Below are positions 26,080-39,146 of a stretch of DNA of 64,000 nt, piece after piece. The stretch is taken from the NCBI RefSeq assembly GCF_018977255.1, contig NW_024704742.1, forward strand, positions 111,106,001 to 111,170,000, read 5' to 3'. The stretch is from Callorhinchus milii. Lineage: Eukaryota. Below the pieces are notes generated by a model. The model ran no database searches, was not told the DNA's origin, and saw nothing but the letters and a program-made list of their open reading frames with translations. The translations under genes were made by a program, and so were the position numbers. The first letter of the stretch is position 1. Each line of letters starts with the position of its first letter.

Positions 26080-27200
26080 GAATCCGCTCTGTTGCCTCTG
26101 CCCTTCGTCCTGCTACCCCCTCCTCACATTCCCCTCCCCGTTGCCTCCATCTATCCCTCCCTCCACACCTTTGATGCTTTCTCCCCCACTTCTCTCACTG
26201 CCATCATTTCCAAAATGAAGCCCACCACCCGTTGCCTTGACCTTACCTCCCAGCTCCGTCTGCTTGCCCCCCACCCCCACAAAAAAAATCTTCTACCGCT
26301 CTCTGTCCACTGACACCATTCCCACCTTCTTAAAAATATCCATCATTACCCCCAACCTCTGCCATTAATTACCCTTGACTCCAGGACCACTGATGTCCTG
26401 ACAACTGTCTGTCAGATATCAAGTTCTGGACGAGAGCCAACTTTCTCCAATCGAATACTGACAAGACCAAGACCCTCCTGCTTGGCACCCGTCAGTGACT
26501 CCTTACCTCAGGCGCTGACCCCATCATGATTCATGGATAAATTTTACACCTCACGGAGCCAGTACAGAACCTTGGTGTCTTGTTTGACCCTCAACTGTCT
26601 TTTAAACCCCACATCCATGCCATGACCCATTCTGCCTTCCTCCACCTCCACAGGATTGCCTGCCTGTGCCACTACCTCTCCCCTCAGCCACCATTAAAGT
26701 CACCATGCTTTCATTATTTCCAAGCTTGACTTTGCTAACTCCCTGCTCAACGAACTTCCCAGCTCTTCCCTCCACAAGCTTCAGATTATTCAAAACTCTG
26801 CAGCTTGTGTCCTCTCCCACAACAAGCTCTGTGAAACAATTCCCCCATCCTCGCCCAGATTCACTGGCTCTCCATCCCCCAGAGGATTGAGTTATAGATC
26901 CTCATCCTCACTTTTAAAACCCTCCATGGTCTTGCTCTTCCCTATCTCCGAGCCCTACTAAACATACCAACCTGCCCGCTCACTCCACTCAGCGGGCACT
27001 GGCCTGCTCCATGTTCCCTGCCCTGCCCACCCCACCATTAGCTATAGGGCTTCAGCCTTTCTACCCCATCCTTTGGAACTTCATCCCGGAGTCCCTCCGC
27101 CTCACCAAGCTCTTTCAGAGTCAGTCTCAAGACCTTCCTCTCTGACCGTGACTTCAGTTTTCCTCCTACCTCCATCTCCCTTTCCCCCCATTCCTTTTGG
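26080..27200 (+). mobile_element. Internally deleted L2 LINE fragment
   Basis: IISKMKPTT, aaccttggtgtcttgtttgacc, cactggctc..aggattgagttatagatcctc and ctcaagaccttcctc motifs. Confidence 0.8.
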
Positions 27201-27978
27201 TGCAAACCCCAGTTTGCACCAAGTTGGGGTTTGGAACAAGGATCAAAGTTCCATATATGTGTAGTTACACCCAATGCGATGAGTGCTGATGAATTATTTT
27301 CCTCAACAGATGAAGACAATTAGTATAATTTGCATAATTATAAAATTTTGCATAATCTCTTAATTTTACCATAGATTTGAAACATTTTACCATGCTGGTA
27401 AGGATGGGTTAATGATAATGTATTAGCTCTTGGGCATTTCAAAGACATGTTATTGCCAAAAGGTACTGTTAATGGTGTTTACTTTATAGGAACATTTTGA
27501 TAAAGGAAATGTTCCCACTAGTTGACTTCACCTGTATTGAGGCCCACAATAATTTATTGACAACTAGAATAAAAGAACTGACCTTAATTGATTATTAAAA
27601 AATTCTCTCCTTGACTGATAAAACACCAGGATATAACACTTGAGTTTTGAGGTTAATGGGTACACAGACAGATGGACCATATTATTAACAGAGTTTAGGA
27701 GAACAGAGAGACATTGGGAATAGGGGCAGAGATCATTGGACAGCAGGGAATTGACCTGTCAGTGACATTATATCAACATGGTTTAAACGCCCTATGTAAA
27801 TGCTCCCAGACTGTTCAGTGGCTAAATGTACTGCTTGCAATGACAGAGAGTAATGCAAATATGCACCCTGAAATATTGGACTGTATTCCCTTGATGGTGT
27901 TTATTTTATGGGAACATTTTGATAAAGGAAATGTTCCCACTACTTGACTTCACATGTATTAAGGCCCACAATAATTTA

Positions 27979-28373
27979 GAAGTTGAGGGATGATCTAATT
28001 GAGGTTTTCAAAATAATAAAGGGATTTAATAGGATAGCTACAGAGGAACTATTTTTTTCTGGTGGGAGAATCCAGAACAAAGATGCATAATCTTAAATTT
28101 AGAGCTAGGCCATTTAGGAGTGAAATCAGGAGGCATATTTTTCACCCAAAGGATAGTGGAAATCTGGAACTCTCTTCCTTTGAAAGGCTGTGGTTGCTGG
28201 ATCTATTCAAATTTTCAAAACTGAGTTGGATAGATATTTGTCAAACAAGGGTATCAAGGGTTATGGGGAAAGGGCAGGGAATTGGAGTTGAGGTACGGAT
28301 CAGCCATTACCTTATAGAATGGCAGAACATGCTCAAGGGGCTGAATGGCCTACTTCTGTTCCTATGTTCCTAT
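27979..28373 (+). mobile_element. CR1 LINE 3' fragment
   Basis: LRDDLIEVFKIIKG..GESRTKMHNLK..., ending ggggctgaatggcctacttctgttcctatgttcctatg. Confidence 0.85.
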
Positions 28374-28504
28374 GAAATTCCTGTTGTCCCTAAGCCAAAG
28401 AATACAAGCTTTCTCTATTGGCTCCATGAACGTCTTAAGTGATAAGACTTAATCCTTTAAAGTCTTTTATGTAATTTAATTTTATGTAATGTAATTTGTT
28501 GTTG

Positions 28505-28950
28505 TTGTCAGGCCACACCTCAGAGTACTGGACATTGTTTTGATTGGGCAACATAACGGGGTTGCCCAGGCCTGACAGGCAATGCAGAGGAGAACAATGA
28601 GGATGATCCCCAGTGTTAGAGGAAATGAGCTATGATCAATGAGTGGACAAACTAGTGCTCTTCAGCCTTGAAAGGTGTCACTCAGAGGGAATACAAAGGC
28701 ATATACAATTTTACTTTCAGGTACATCAAGACATCAGAACAAGATGACACAAGCTGGAGTCTTAAAATGGCAGACTCTAAGAAGTATTTCTAACAACTAA
28801 CATTGGAAGTCGCGGTTGAGGCCAGGACACTGGACTCACTTAAAAAAAAGTTTAATGCTGTGATGGAGGCCATTAGATGGGTATTCTGGAAGAATTAAAT
28901 TAAAATTAGCTAAATGGCCTTATAATTTGAACCTCTCTTGTTATCTTGTG
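28505..28950 (+). mobile_element. Old CR1 3' fragment (second family)
   Basis: tcaggccacacctcagagtactg..; gaggccaggacactggac..ctggaag, shared with the copies at 34520 and 61020. Confidence 0.55.
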
Positions 28951-30099
28951 CTTTGACTAGAAAAGATATCCAGCTTGATTGACACTTCAAGAAGCCAGAG
29001 TGTCTGACTTCCACTTTGTAATCGAGTCGCTGAAGACAATGATGTCAGTCTCCTCTCCAGTTACTTCATCAACACTGGCTTTAGGCTTGGGAACTTGAGG
29101 CATTAGTTGGCTTTGAATTTCACTTATGATATTTGGGGATAGTTAAGCTGCTTTTTCCTCCATTCATCTAGTTTTAGAAAAATGAATTCATGATGCTAAA
29201 AGCTAGAGGTACAGAACAAGGAAGAAATGTACCAAAGCCCTTGGTTGCAATTTTCAGGGAATTAAATTATTCTACCAACTGGATGATAATAATACTAAAA
29301 AAAAACTTGCATTTGGTATAGCGCCTAATCAGGCAGTCGAGATGTCTCCAAGCACTTTATAGGATTTTACTGTGAAGTGTAGTTCCTATATCTTCTTGAG
29401 ATTTTTAATGCTTGTTCGTATACTTTGTTACAAATACACTCTGCCTTGCACACAGTTATGGTCAACTCTCAAGGAATTTATTGGAGTGTGTGACTGGAAT
29501 TCAATTCATTGTTTGCATTTCTGTATTCAGCAACATAGGTTAACTTTACCAACATTGGGGTTGATTTACTCTCTGTCCTCAGTGTTAGATTTAGTATCCT
29601 TGGTGTTGAAATTCAATCTGTGCTGCATCTAGGTTTTGCTGACATAGACGCAGAAATAAATTGTACTTCAGATGTCTGCACGACAGATTACGGATGGTTT
29701 GCAATCTTCACTGCATTAAGAATTAACAGACGTTTGGAATGCCATCAACTCTTGTGTGAACCAGCTAGATGATTGCTAGAGTACTCTGCAAGATCCTTTT
29801 CAATTCAATTTTGCATACCTTGAACAGGATAAGTTCTGTCTGATCAGCATTATGTCAGTGCTGATCTCCAATCCAAACTATGTATCTTTAAACAGTTTCG
29901 AGTTGATCCAAAATTACATAATATTGGATTGTTATGGGAAAGAAAATGATTTACAAAGACTCACAAAGAATATATTGCATAAAAACAGCCTACTCGACCT
30001 AACCAGTCCATGACTATATTTATACTCCATACTCCCTCCCATATCTTTCTATTCCCCTTTCCCTCATGTGAAGGTCTAGCTTTCTCCTGACTGCAATGC

Positions 30100-31895
30100 T
30101 GGACATCCTTGAATCCAAAGTCAAGGGAATCTGCTCAGCTGCCTCTCCCCATCCGGCTACTACCCCATCCCCATCTCCCACTCTCACCCTGGCCCCTACC
30201 CATCTCTCCCTCCACACCTTCAAACCTGTCTCCCACTCCTGTGTCATCACCAAAATACCCGCATGAAACCGACCACCTGGTCCCTCGAACCCATCCCTAT
30301 CTCTCCCCTTACCTCTCAGTTCCACCTCCTTGCCTCTTTACTCACAGACATCATAAACCTCTTCCTGTCCACTGGTACCGTTCCCACCCCTTTAAAAACA
30401 GCCATCATCACTCCTATCCTTAAAAAATCCTCCCTGGACTTATTGCTCTTCACAAACTACCGCCCCATCTCCAACCTCCCTTTCCTCACCAAGGCCCTGG
30501 AATGAGTCGTTGCTTCCCAGCTTTTCAACTTCCTCTCCCACCACTCTCTTCACGAACCTCTCCAATCAGGTTTTCATGCCGTCCACAGCACAGAAACAAC
30601 CTTGGTCAAAGTGACAAATGACATTCTGTCCATCTGTGACCAGGGTTCCCTCTGCCTCCTCGTCCTCCTTGACCTCTCTGCTGCCTTCGACACCATTGAC
30701 CACTCTATCCTCATCCACCACTTCTCCTCTGACCTCAACCTTCACGGTTCTATCCTTGACTGGTTCAGATCATACCTCCCATACTGCCTTCACTTTATCT
30801 CCACAAGTGGTTTCTCCTCTAGCCCCCACACTGTCTTGTGTGGCATTCCTCAGGGCTCTGTCCTTAGTCCCCTCCTCTTCAACATCTATATGCTCCCTCT
30901 TAGTGATATCATCCGCAGACATGGGGTCAACTTCCACATGTATGCGGATGACACCCAACTGTACCTCTCTGTCTCCACCCACAGCTTTCCTGACAAAATG
31001 TCTGTTGGACATCAAGTCCTGGATGAGAGCTAACTTTCTTCTGTTGAACGTCAACAAAACTGAGGCCCTCCTGATTGGCTCCCGTTAGCGCTTCCACACC
31101 TCAGGCACTGACGAAATCACCATCCATGGTTCAACACTCCACGTTGCTGAGCCAATCTGGAATCTTGGCATCTTGTTTGACCCTCAACTATCCTTTCTAC
31201 CCCACATCCATGCCATGACCTGCTCTGACTTCCCCACCTCCGCAATATCACCCGGCTCCGCCACTGTCTCACACCGCAGGCCGTCGAAACCCTTATACAT
31301 GCATTCATAACATTGAGGCTTGACTATGTGAACTCCTTGCTTGTCGATCTCCCCAACTCCTCCCTCCATAGTCTGCAGATCATCTAGAACTCTGCAGCCC
31401 ATGTCCTCTCCCTCACCAGACTCCATGACCCTATCACCCCCATCTTTGCCCAACTCCACTGGCTTCCCATCACTTAGAGGATACAGTTCAAGATCCTGGT
31501 CCTCACCTTCAAAGCCCTCCATGGCCTTGCTCCCCCCACTTCTGTGATCTCCTAACTCTCTACCACCCTGTCCGTGCTCTCTGATCGGCGGACTCTGGCC
31601 TGCTTCACGTCCCCCGCCTCGTGCGCCTCACCATCGGTGGGCAGGCCTTCTGCCATTACCCTCTGGAATTCCATCCTGCAGTCCCTCCGCCTTGCCCCCT
31701 CCCTTGCCCACTTCAAGTCCCATCTCAAGACTCTCCTCTTCGACTGTGCTTTCGATCACCCTGCTTTCCCCCGTGCCCTCCACCCTCCCCAATCCCGACC
31801 CCTAGCTCGGGTCTGAAACACTGACTGTCCAGCACCTTGGGATGTCCTCCCAACGTGAAAGGCACTATACAAATATAATCTTGTTGTTGTTGTTG
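30100..31895 (+). mobile_element. L2 LINE, 5'-truncated, RT domain to tail (pseudo-ORF2)
   Basis: NYRPISNLPFLTKALE*, LVLLDLSAAFDTIDH, GIPQGSVLSPLLF, FHMYADDTQLY, and 3' tail gtgaaaggcactatacaaat..(ttg)n. Confidence 0.93.
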
Positions 31896-32619
31896 CATCA
31901 AAACTATCTGATTCAACCATTTCGTCCGCAGATATACAGTCAATTCACTTTGTAGTCTATTCTGTGAAGCACTTTGAGACGTCCAGAAGTCATGAAAAGC
32001 ACTATATCAAATGCAGGGAATGTTATTATTATTATTATTGCTTCAGGCAACATTTTCCACAATCTCACCACCTTCTGCATGAAGTAGTTCCTCCTAAATT
32101 CTCTTTTGGATTGCCTAGACGCTATCCTATATTTCCCTTGGCCATGGAAGCAGCCTAATTATAGTATTGAGACCCAGGTTCAGGTAAAAGAAACAAATGA
32201 TAAGACCTGACATGAAGAGAGATAGTGAGAGAGAGAGAGACGGACAATTAGATATAGTGGATCATAGTGGAGGAGACGGATATGCAGAGGCTAGCCAAAC
32301 AAGCCAATCTGGACTCATTAGCAAGATATGTGGACAATGCACTAACATGAATAAGGTTGTATATTGCTTCCCAGAGCAAAGGTGATGGATATAAAAGTAA
32401 GGACAACATCAACAATTTTACATTGACACAGAGCGTTTCATGTTGGGAGGACATCTCAAAGTGTGTGCTTCACATGGTTGCCTGGGAACCTGAGCTGAGG
32501 TGGGGTGTGAGGACATGTGTGAATGTGACCAGGAGCAGAGTTCAAAAGAAAGGTCATGAAATGGGCTTTAAAGGTAGAAAGGGAGGGTGTCTGGGATGGA
32601 ATTCTTGAGAGCAGGGGCA

Positions 32620-33960
32620 GAATGGGTAGAATTAGAAGGGTAAAAGGGTAGTTCCCTCCTTGACTTAGTTCTAATCATTGAACCCCAGACACTTTTCAAG
32701 GAATAGAAGTAGTTGAGTAACGGTAAACACAGCTCAATAACATTCAGTTTGATTTGGGAAATGGCACAAGCACAAAACCAGTATACAAAAGATGAGCAAA
32801 GTCAGGAGAAGGGGAGCTGTGCTAAGTGACACAAAACGAGGCATTACTGAAGGGCAAATCAGTTCAGGATAAATAATAATAATCAATGGTCATTTTTTAA
32901 AATATTATGCAGTACATGCAGGTGAAGAGCATACCCAAGTACGTAGGAGCAAATTAAACAAAAACACAGCAAATTGGATCAATGGCAAAATAAAAAGGGA
33001 GATTTACAAAGTTTGAGCTGAATACAGGATTGCATAGAAAGAGGTAGAAAAGAAATCAGCAAAGCCAAGAAAGAACTGGAAACACAGCAGCAAATGCAAA
33101 ACATAATAGAATATATACTTTCAATACTGTAACAATAAGAGGTTAGTTAAGAAGGAAGTTAAAACCCACTCAAAGGACAAACAGAAGATAACGAATACAA
33201 AAATGACTACTTCCCAGTGTTTTTCTATCATAATAATCCTTGCATTTAATATAGTACCTTATCACATAGTTGATACGTATCAAATCCTTCATACAATTTA
33301 CTGGGAAGAGTGGTGACTGTATATTTGTAGACGGATGCGGAGGCTAATTTGTGAATAGCAATGTCCCACAAACAGCTCAGAAATAAATGACCATTTTTCA
33401 AAAGCTGGTAGGACATTAAAATCACACTCCTCAACATCCAACAAACACAGTTTCAGCTCCAGAACTTTGACTTAAGTTTTCAGAAAGGCTCAAGGGGCTA
33501 AAAACCAATAAATCATCCAGGATTGATGAACACTGATATCTGGCACTGACAACATTATATGTCAATCAACACTTGAGAGATTCCAATAGACTGGAAGCAA
33601 GCAAATGTTATTGAACCTTACATGTAAATTATAAACCTAATTAGTCTGACTACAGCAATTAGAAAATTTATGTGGTCAATCGTCAGAAAGAAAATTGAAG
33701 TTTACTTATATAAAAAAATTAATAAATGAAAGCCAACATGGGTTCAGAAAGTATAATTCTTGTCTGATCAACTTTATAGATTTTTTTGAGAAGCTGACAG
33801 CTCTAATTAAATCAGGGAAAACAGATATTGTAGTGTATCCAGACTTCCAAAATGTGTTTAACAAAGTACCACTTGAAAGCCCCCTTCACAAGCTTAAGAT
33901 ACTGGGTATCAAATGCAAGACAAGAGCAAAGGTTTAGAATTGGCTGAAGGGAACAGAACA
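32620..33960 (+). mobile_element. Old CR1 ORF2 fragment interrupted by a SINE tail (~33230-33400)
   Basis: LINESQHGFRKYNSCLINFIDFFE..VVYPDFQNVFNKVP; gactggaagcaagcaaatgt (DWKQANV). Confidence 0.75.
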
Positions 33961-34469
33961 AACGGTCTTTGTTGAGGGAGGCGGGGGGAGGGGGGAGGGG
34001 CGGCAATGTCAAAATAGGGGGGAGGTTTTAATCTTCAAATCACATCTGAAGACTCCTTTTTGACCGTCTTCCCTTACAGCTATCTGTCAAACAACACTGG
34101 GCCCCAATTTGCTATTCGTGTAAATGGCGCTATATACACGTAAGTTGTTGTGTTAAATTTACAGGTAACACCAATTGGGGTGGGAAGGGGCGACTGCGGA
34201 ATCAAAAAAAGCAGCAAATATCTGACAGAGGTTGATAGAACTTGGGCTGATAATGTATTATTGTTTTTTTCTTGAGGCATTATTATCAGGCGTGTGGAGT
34301 AAGGAAACTTCCACAAGGTTTCACCCTACCTGAAATCAAACTCAAAGGACAGTGGAAAAGTAAAGTCTTCAGATGTGATTTGAAGATTAAAACCTCCCCC
34401 TTATTTTAACATGGCCTACTCCCCCTCCCTGAACAAAGACCCTTTGTTCTGCTCCCTTCAGCCAATTCT
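33936..34469. repeat. Inverted repeat, arms 33936-34054 and 34364-34469
   Basis: agaattggctgaaggga...aatcttcaaatcacatctgaagact versus its reverse complement, differing mainly in a G-run. Confidence 0.9.
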
Positions 34470-35561
34470 TCCGAGGCGAGGAACACTGAGCTACAGGACT
34501 TCACAAAGTATTTATTTACCCAACGAATAATTCACGACTGGAATGAATTATCAGGAAGAGTGGTTAAGGCCAGGACACTTCATAAAAAAGCTGTTCTTGT
34601 CATTATAATAATGTCAAGAACGTTAGACTGGAGTGAAGGTGGCGGGTAGTGGCGTGGATCGGAAAGGTAGGGAGAGGTCTCATGGGTCTGTACAAGGAAC
34701 CCCTCCTGCATAACATCTGTTATAGAAAACATTAATGTGGTTATTCTGGAAGAGTGAGATCAAATGGGCAAAGGGCCTCGTTTGTTCAAAACAATCTTAT
34801 GATCTGCATGAAAATCCATCTGCCATTCTTTAGACAATCAGTTCAACTGGTTCAGCTTGTGAACAGATTGTGATTTAATAATCTTCCTTAAATCCTGTCT
34901 GATTTTCCTTTTCATAACTTCAGGCCACTGAAGCTAATTATAATGCTGGCCTAATTTGAGTTCAGCCAACGAAGAATCAATCGGACTGTCCCAGTCTATA
35001 TGGTTCAACTACTCACTGTCAGCAATCAGGGAAGCCCACCAATATGTTTACAGTAATAAAACCTCTAAGCTACTTTTCAGACGGTTAACACTTTGGAACA
35101 ACCTTGAAAGTACTTTTTCAGCAGTTGCTGTTTTTGAGTTAATTTGTTGTTGTAGTCTATTGGGTTAAATTATAGACTGAACATAAGTCTTACTTTTAGT
35201 TCATCAGCTACACAGCATTTATAGAATCAACCTTCAAACCAGTCAATAATAAACACTCAAATGAGCCAACATGACTGGTCTGTCATCAGCAGTGCCTTGG
35301 AGTACAGGCACTGCCTGATTCAGGAACTGGACTACTGAGACCACCACAGAGATTTGAATCAATTCTGACATCACTTTTCCAAGCATTTCACCTTAGAACA
35401 AGCTCAGTTCCAGGAAGACACCAATTACCAACCCCACCCCCACGGTAGTCACTAGTTGGGCATTTGACATTTTACAAGCACACATTTGAGTCCTCATTTG
35501 GTGAAGAGCAAGTACCAGGAACTCCATGTAAGCTTTGCATTCCAGCTAAGATATAACAATA

Positions 35562-35924
35562 AAATAGAAAATTGCATTTGTATAGCGCCTTTCATGTTGG
35601 GAGGACGTCCCAAGTTGTTGGACAGTCAGGAATTTGGATAAACAGTAAGATGCTAGTTTACAGAATGCTAACTGTAGTCTATGAAAACAAACAGTGATAA
35701 CAAGCAGAGATCAATATATCATGGATCATGGATTCAAGTTATGAATATGCCAGACTAGATTCAATTTCACAAGCCTCCAATTGAAACATGTTGGCAAGAT
35801 TTTCATAGACTACAGTTAGCATTCAGTAAACTAGCATCTTACTGTTTATCCAAATTCCTGACTGTCCAGCGACTTGGAAGTCCTCCTGACGTGAAAGGCG
35901 CTATACAAATGTAATTTTCTATTT
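35562..35924. repeat. Inverted repeat, arms 35562-35687 and 35800-35924
   Basis: About 125-bp arms: outer part is an L2 3' tail, inner part is unique sequence. Confidence 0.95.
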
Positions 35925-36391
35925 ATTCCTAAAGCTTCAGATTCTCAGTATTATCAATAGTGCTGGAAAATCAATGTTAATAATATTTGATTATTATTTT
36001 GAGTGCTGCCACCTGCAGGCCACCCAGATAATTGCATTAATAATAATATTTGATTTAGCGCCTATTATATCGGGAATGTCAGACAGAACTTTAAGCTTTT
36101 TTTGTTAAATGTAATGACTATTATTTGTAGCTGAATATTGTAGCCAACTTTCACACAGTAATTTCCCATTAACAGACCTGAAGAACATAATCACATTTTT
36201 TTTTACAAAGAGCACATTTTGACTGGCCAGGACATTGGGTGAAACTCCCTTATTTTGAATAGTGACATAGGATATTTAATATCCACCTGAACGACAGTTT
36301 AGCATCTCATCTGAATAATATGAGTTCGAACATTCGAATTCCCAGATATTGAAGTAAGTCAAGTTCTGATACACATTGCAGTGAGTTAAGA

Positions 36392-36610
36392 CAGGGTGGT
36401 CCAACTGGATGCGGCCCACAAGCCGATTTCATCCGCGCCCCCACTCCCCACCTCCTCCATTTCATCTGGCCCACCTGCTACCTCCATAAACCGTAAATGT
36501 TACATTATGTTTTTAGATGGGAAACACAAAAAATATTGCTTATGCGGGCCACGGACGTTTCTCAAATAGGGCATCCGGCTCTCAGCAGCCGAATGGTTGG
36601 ACCACCCGTG
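36392..36610 (+). mobile_element. Non-autonomous hAT-like DNA transposon (MITE)
   Basis: Terminal inverted repeats cagggtggtccaac...gttggaccacccgtg and cggccc subterminal motifs; related to the copy at 57070. Confidence 0.7.
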
Positions 36611-38109
36611 TTAAGTTACAGGAATGAATTTTCCGAAATATCCCAAATCAATTTTCAATACGGATTTCAAAAACAGTTTTAAAAATTCATTTCTGACAAT
36701 TATTGAAAAGGGAAGCTCTAATTAATTAATAAAATTACAGCTGGAGTACACTTTGTACAGAGGGTAACTTCTGTAAATAACTAATTCTGCAGGTAACTGG
36801 ATGGACTCAGACAGACTGCTCGGATGTCAATCTCACTTTTACAGTTTTAGAATTTGGCTGCTTTGAGAATTACAGACCCCAATTATACTTCGAAGAATGC
36901 CTGAGAAATGCTCAAATTAGTGCACCCAGCATCTGCTATTTCACAAAACCATTTGCAAATCCTGTAAGTTGGACCCATTATTAATTTAAGATGTTTTCTA
37001 ATTAAGATCAAACTTTACTTTAAGCATTATCTACTGTTATCAATACTTTGATATCTTGGGTATACAATGTCAGCAGGAAGCTGAGTAAATCTCCATCTCC
37101 TCTGCCTAACAATGTGCTCAACCTCTACTGCATGACAATGACATTGTCCATACTAGCCATCATATGGTCCATCTGAATGAGATGTAAAATTTAACACTGA
37201 AGACCTACTTGCTTCTGGCTCCAACTTCCTCAAACATGCCCTCTCTCCAACTCACTGAATCAGTATTTAACTTTGGCATTTAGTTCTGTCCTCAATTCTA
37301 TTTCTTCCTTTACATTCGGTCCCTGACCAAAATCGCATTTTGCATCTCACAAGATTGGTTTGGATGAAGAATTATTGTTCTGGGTTTACTTTTTCAATCC
37401 CATTCAATATGTTATACACCTCTATAAGTACCCTTCTGAATCATCTTCTCTCAAGACTGAAAAGCCCTAGATTGTCCAATTGTTGCTCCTAGCTCATTCC
37501 TCTAACAGTGGGGATCATCCTTGTTGCTCTTCTATGTGTTGCCTACAGGGCCTAGGCAGCTGCCCTTCTGTTGAGGTGATTTGATGACAACAACTTGGAT
37601 TTATTTGGTGCCTTTCATGGGGGAATGCATCCCAGAGGGCTTGGTATGCCTTGTATGGCAAAGCAGGAAGTCATGTTGATGGTGAGTCAGAAGATCGTGA
37701 GTTCTGCATCAGAATTCAACCATTTTAATGTGAAAAGCTAACTAATGCTATTGGAAAAAATGAGCCTGCTGGAAGAATGCCTAGTGAATAGTGTCCATCT
37801 TTCAACTACATTAGAAGCAAATTTGTGCTGTAGTGAAGCACTTCATGGTGGGACTATATTAAATGGTATTGTATTAATTATTTAGACTTTTGAAGCATAA
37901 TTTGTATGTACTGTAGCTTGTCCTGAGGCAACTGTATTTTTATTTTTAAAAATGCATTACTGTTGCTTATCCTGAGGCAACTGTTTTTATTTTAAAAAAT
38001 GAATTTCTTCATTAAATTGCTATCCAATTCCTTTTCAAATTTGCTGATATAATCTGCCTTCAGTGCTTCCCTGAGTAGCTGATTCCACATTTTCACCACT
38101 TTCGTAACA

Positions 38110-38462
38110 TAATAATAATCCTTGCATTTGATATATGTCTTATCATGTCTTCGAGAAGTCTCAAAGCGCTTCACAGAATATACTGTAAAGTGAATTGACA
38201 GTATATTTTGTGGGCGAAACGCAGCAGCCAATTGGGCACAGCAGTGTCCGATAGACACTCATGGATTGAAGTGGCCAATTTATTATAAAAAAATTTTTGA
38301 AGGAATTATTACCCCGGAAAAGCGATCTGCCAATCGCCTAATAACTGGGTTCCTACTTACATGTGGAGTAAGGAAACTTGCCCAACATTTTGGCCTGCTG
38401 GGAATCAAACCCAGGTCTCTTGCTTGCAAGGCGAATGCTCTAACCACTAAGTTGAGCTATAG
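38110..38462 (-). mobile_element. tRNA(Ala)-derived SINE with L2-like tail
   Basis: Colinear with the 23310-23686 copy. Confidence 0.85.
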
Positions 38463-39146
38463 TTGTTAATCATGATTTTTTCCCTTCCCCCTTTTTAGGA
38501 CTGTGTCCCTTTGTTTTAGATTCTGTCTTTGCTAAATATAGTATTTGAGTGCCCTTTATCTATACCCTTCAGGATGCTTAATACTTAAGCAAGATCTCCT
38601 CTAATCCTTCTCATTAATGTGAACATTTGCATATTCCACAGCTCTCCTTGTCACTCACTCTTACACTGAAATTTTAAAACTGTGGTCGATTAGCTCCCTC
38701 TTCAGTTTAGCAGATAAAGGCCACTGCCCAGTGAGCTCAGACGATACAGAACCAGAAGCTCACAAGTTCAAATTCCAGTCTGTTAGCTGATATTAGCAAT
38801 AAGGGGAACAATACGGGCAACAACAACAACAACAAGATTCCATTTATTGAGCGCCTTTCACGTCGGGAGGACGTCCCAAGGCCCTGGACAGTTGGGTCAG
38901 GACCCGAGCAGGAAAAAAGCATATATACAGAAATTGTAAATGAGTTCATACAGCCACTATAACCTGACCCTCTAGAAATTGCTCCATAAGCGGACTCCAT
39001 CTCATCCCATCTCTTTATGTCTTCAAACCCCACCTAGCTTTTTGACTGTGCCTTTGGGCACTTTCCTCCTCTCCCACCCTCCCTGCTTGGTTTCTGGCAC
39101 AGTCTCTGTAAAGTGCTCCTGAACGTTTCCTCATCTACTTTAGAGG

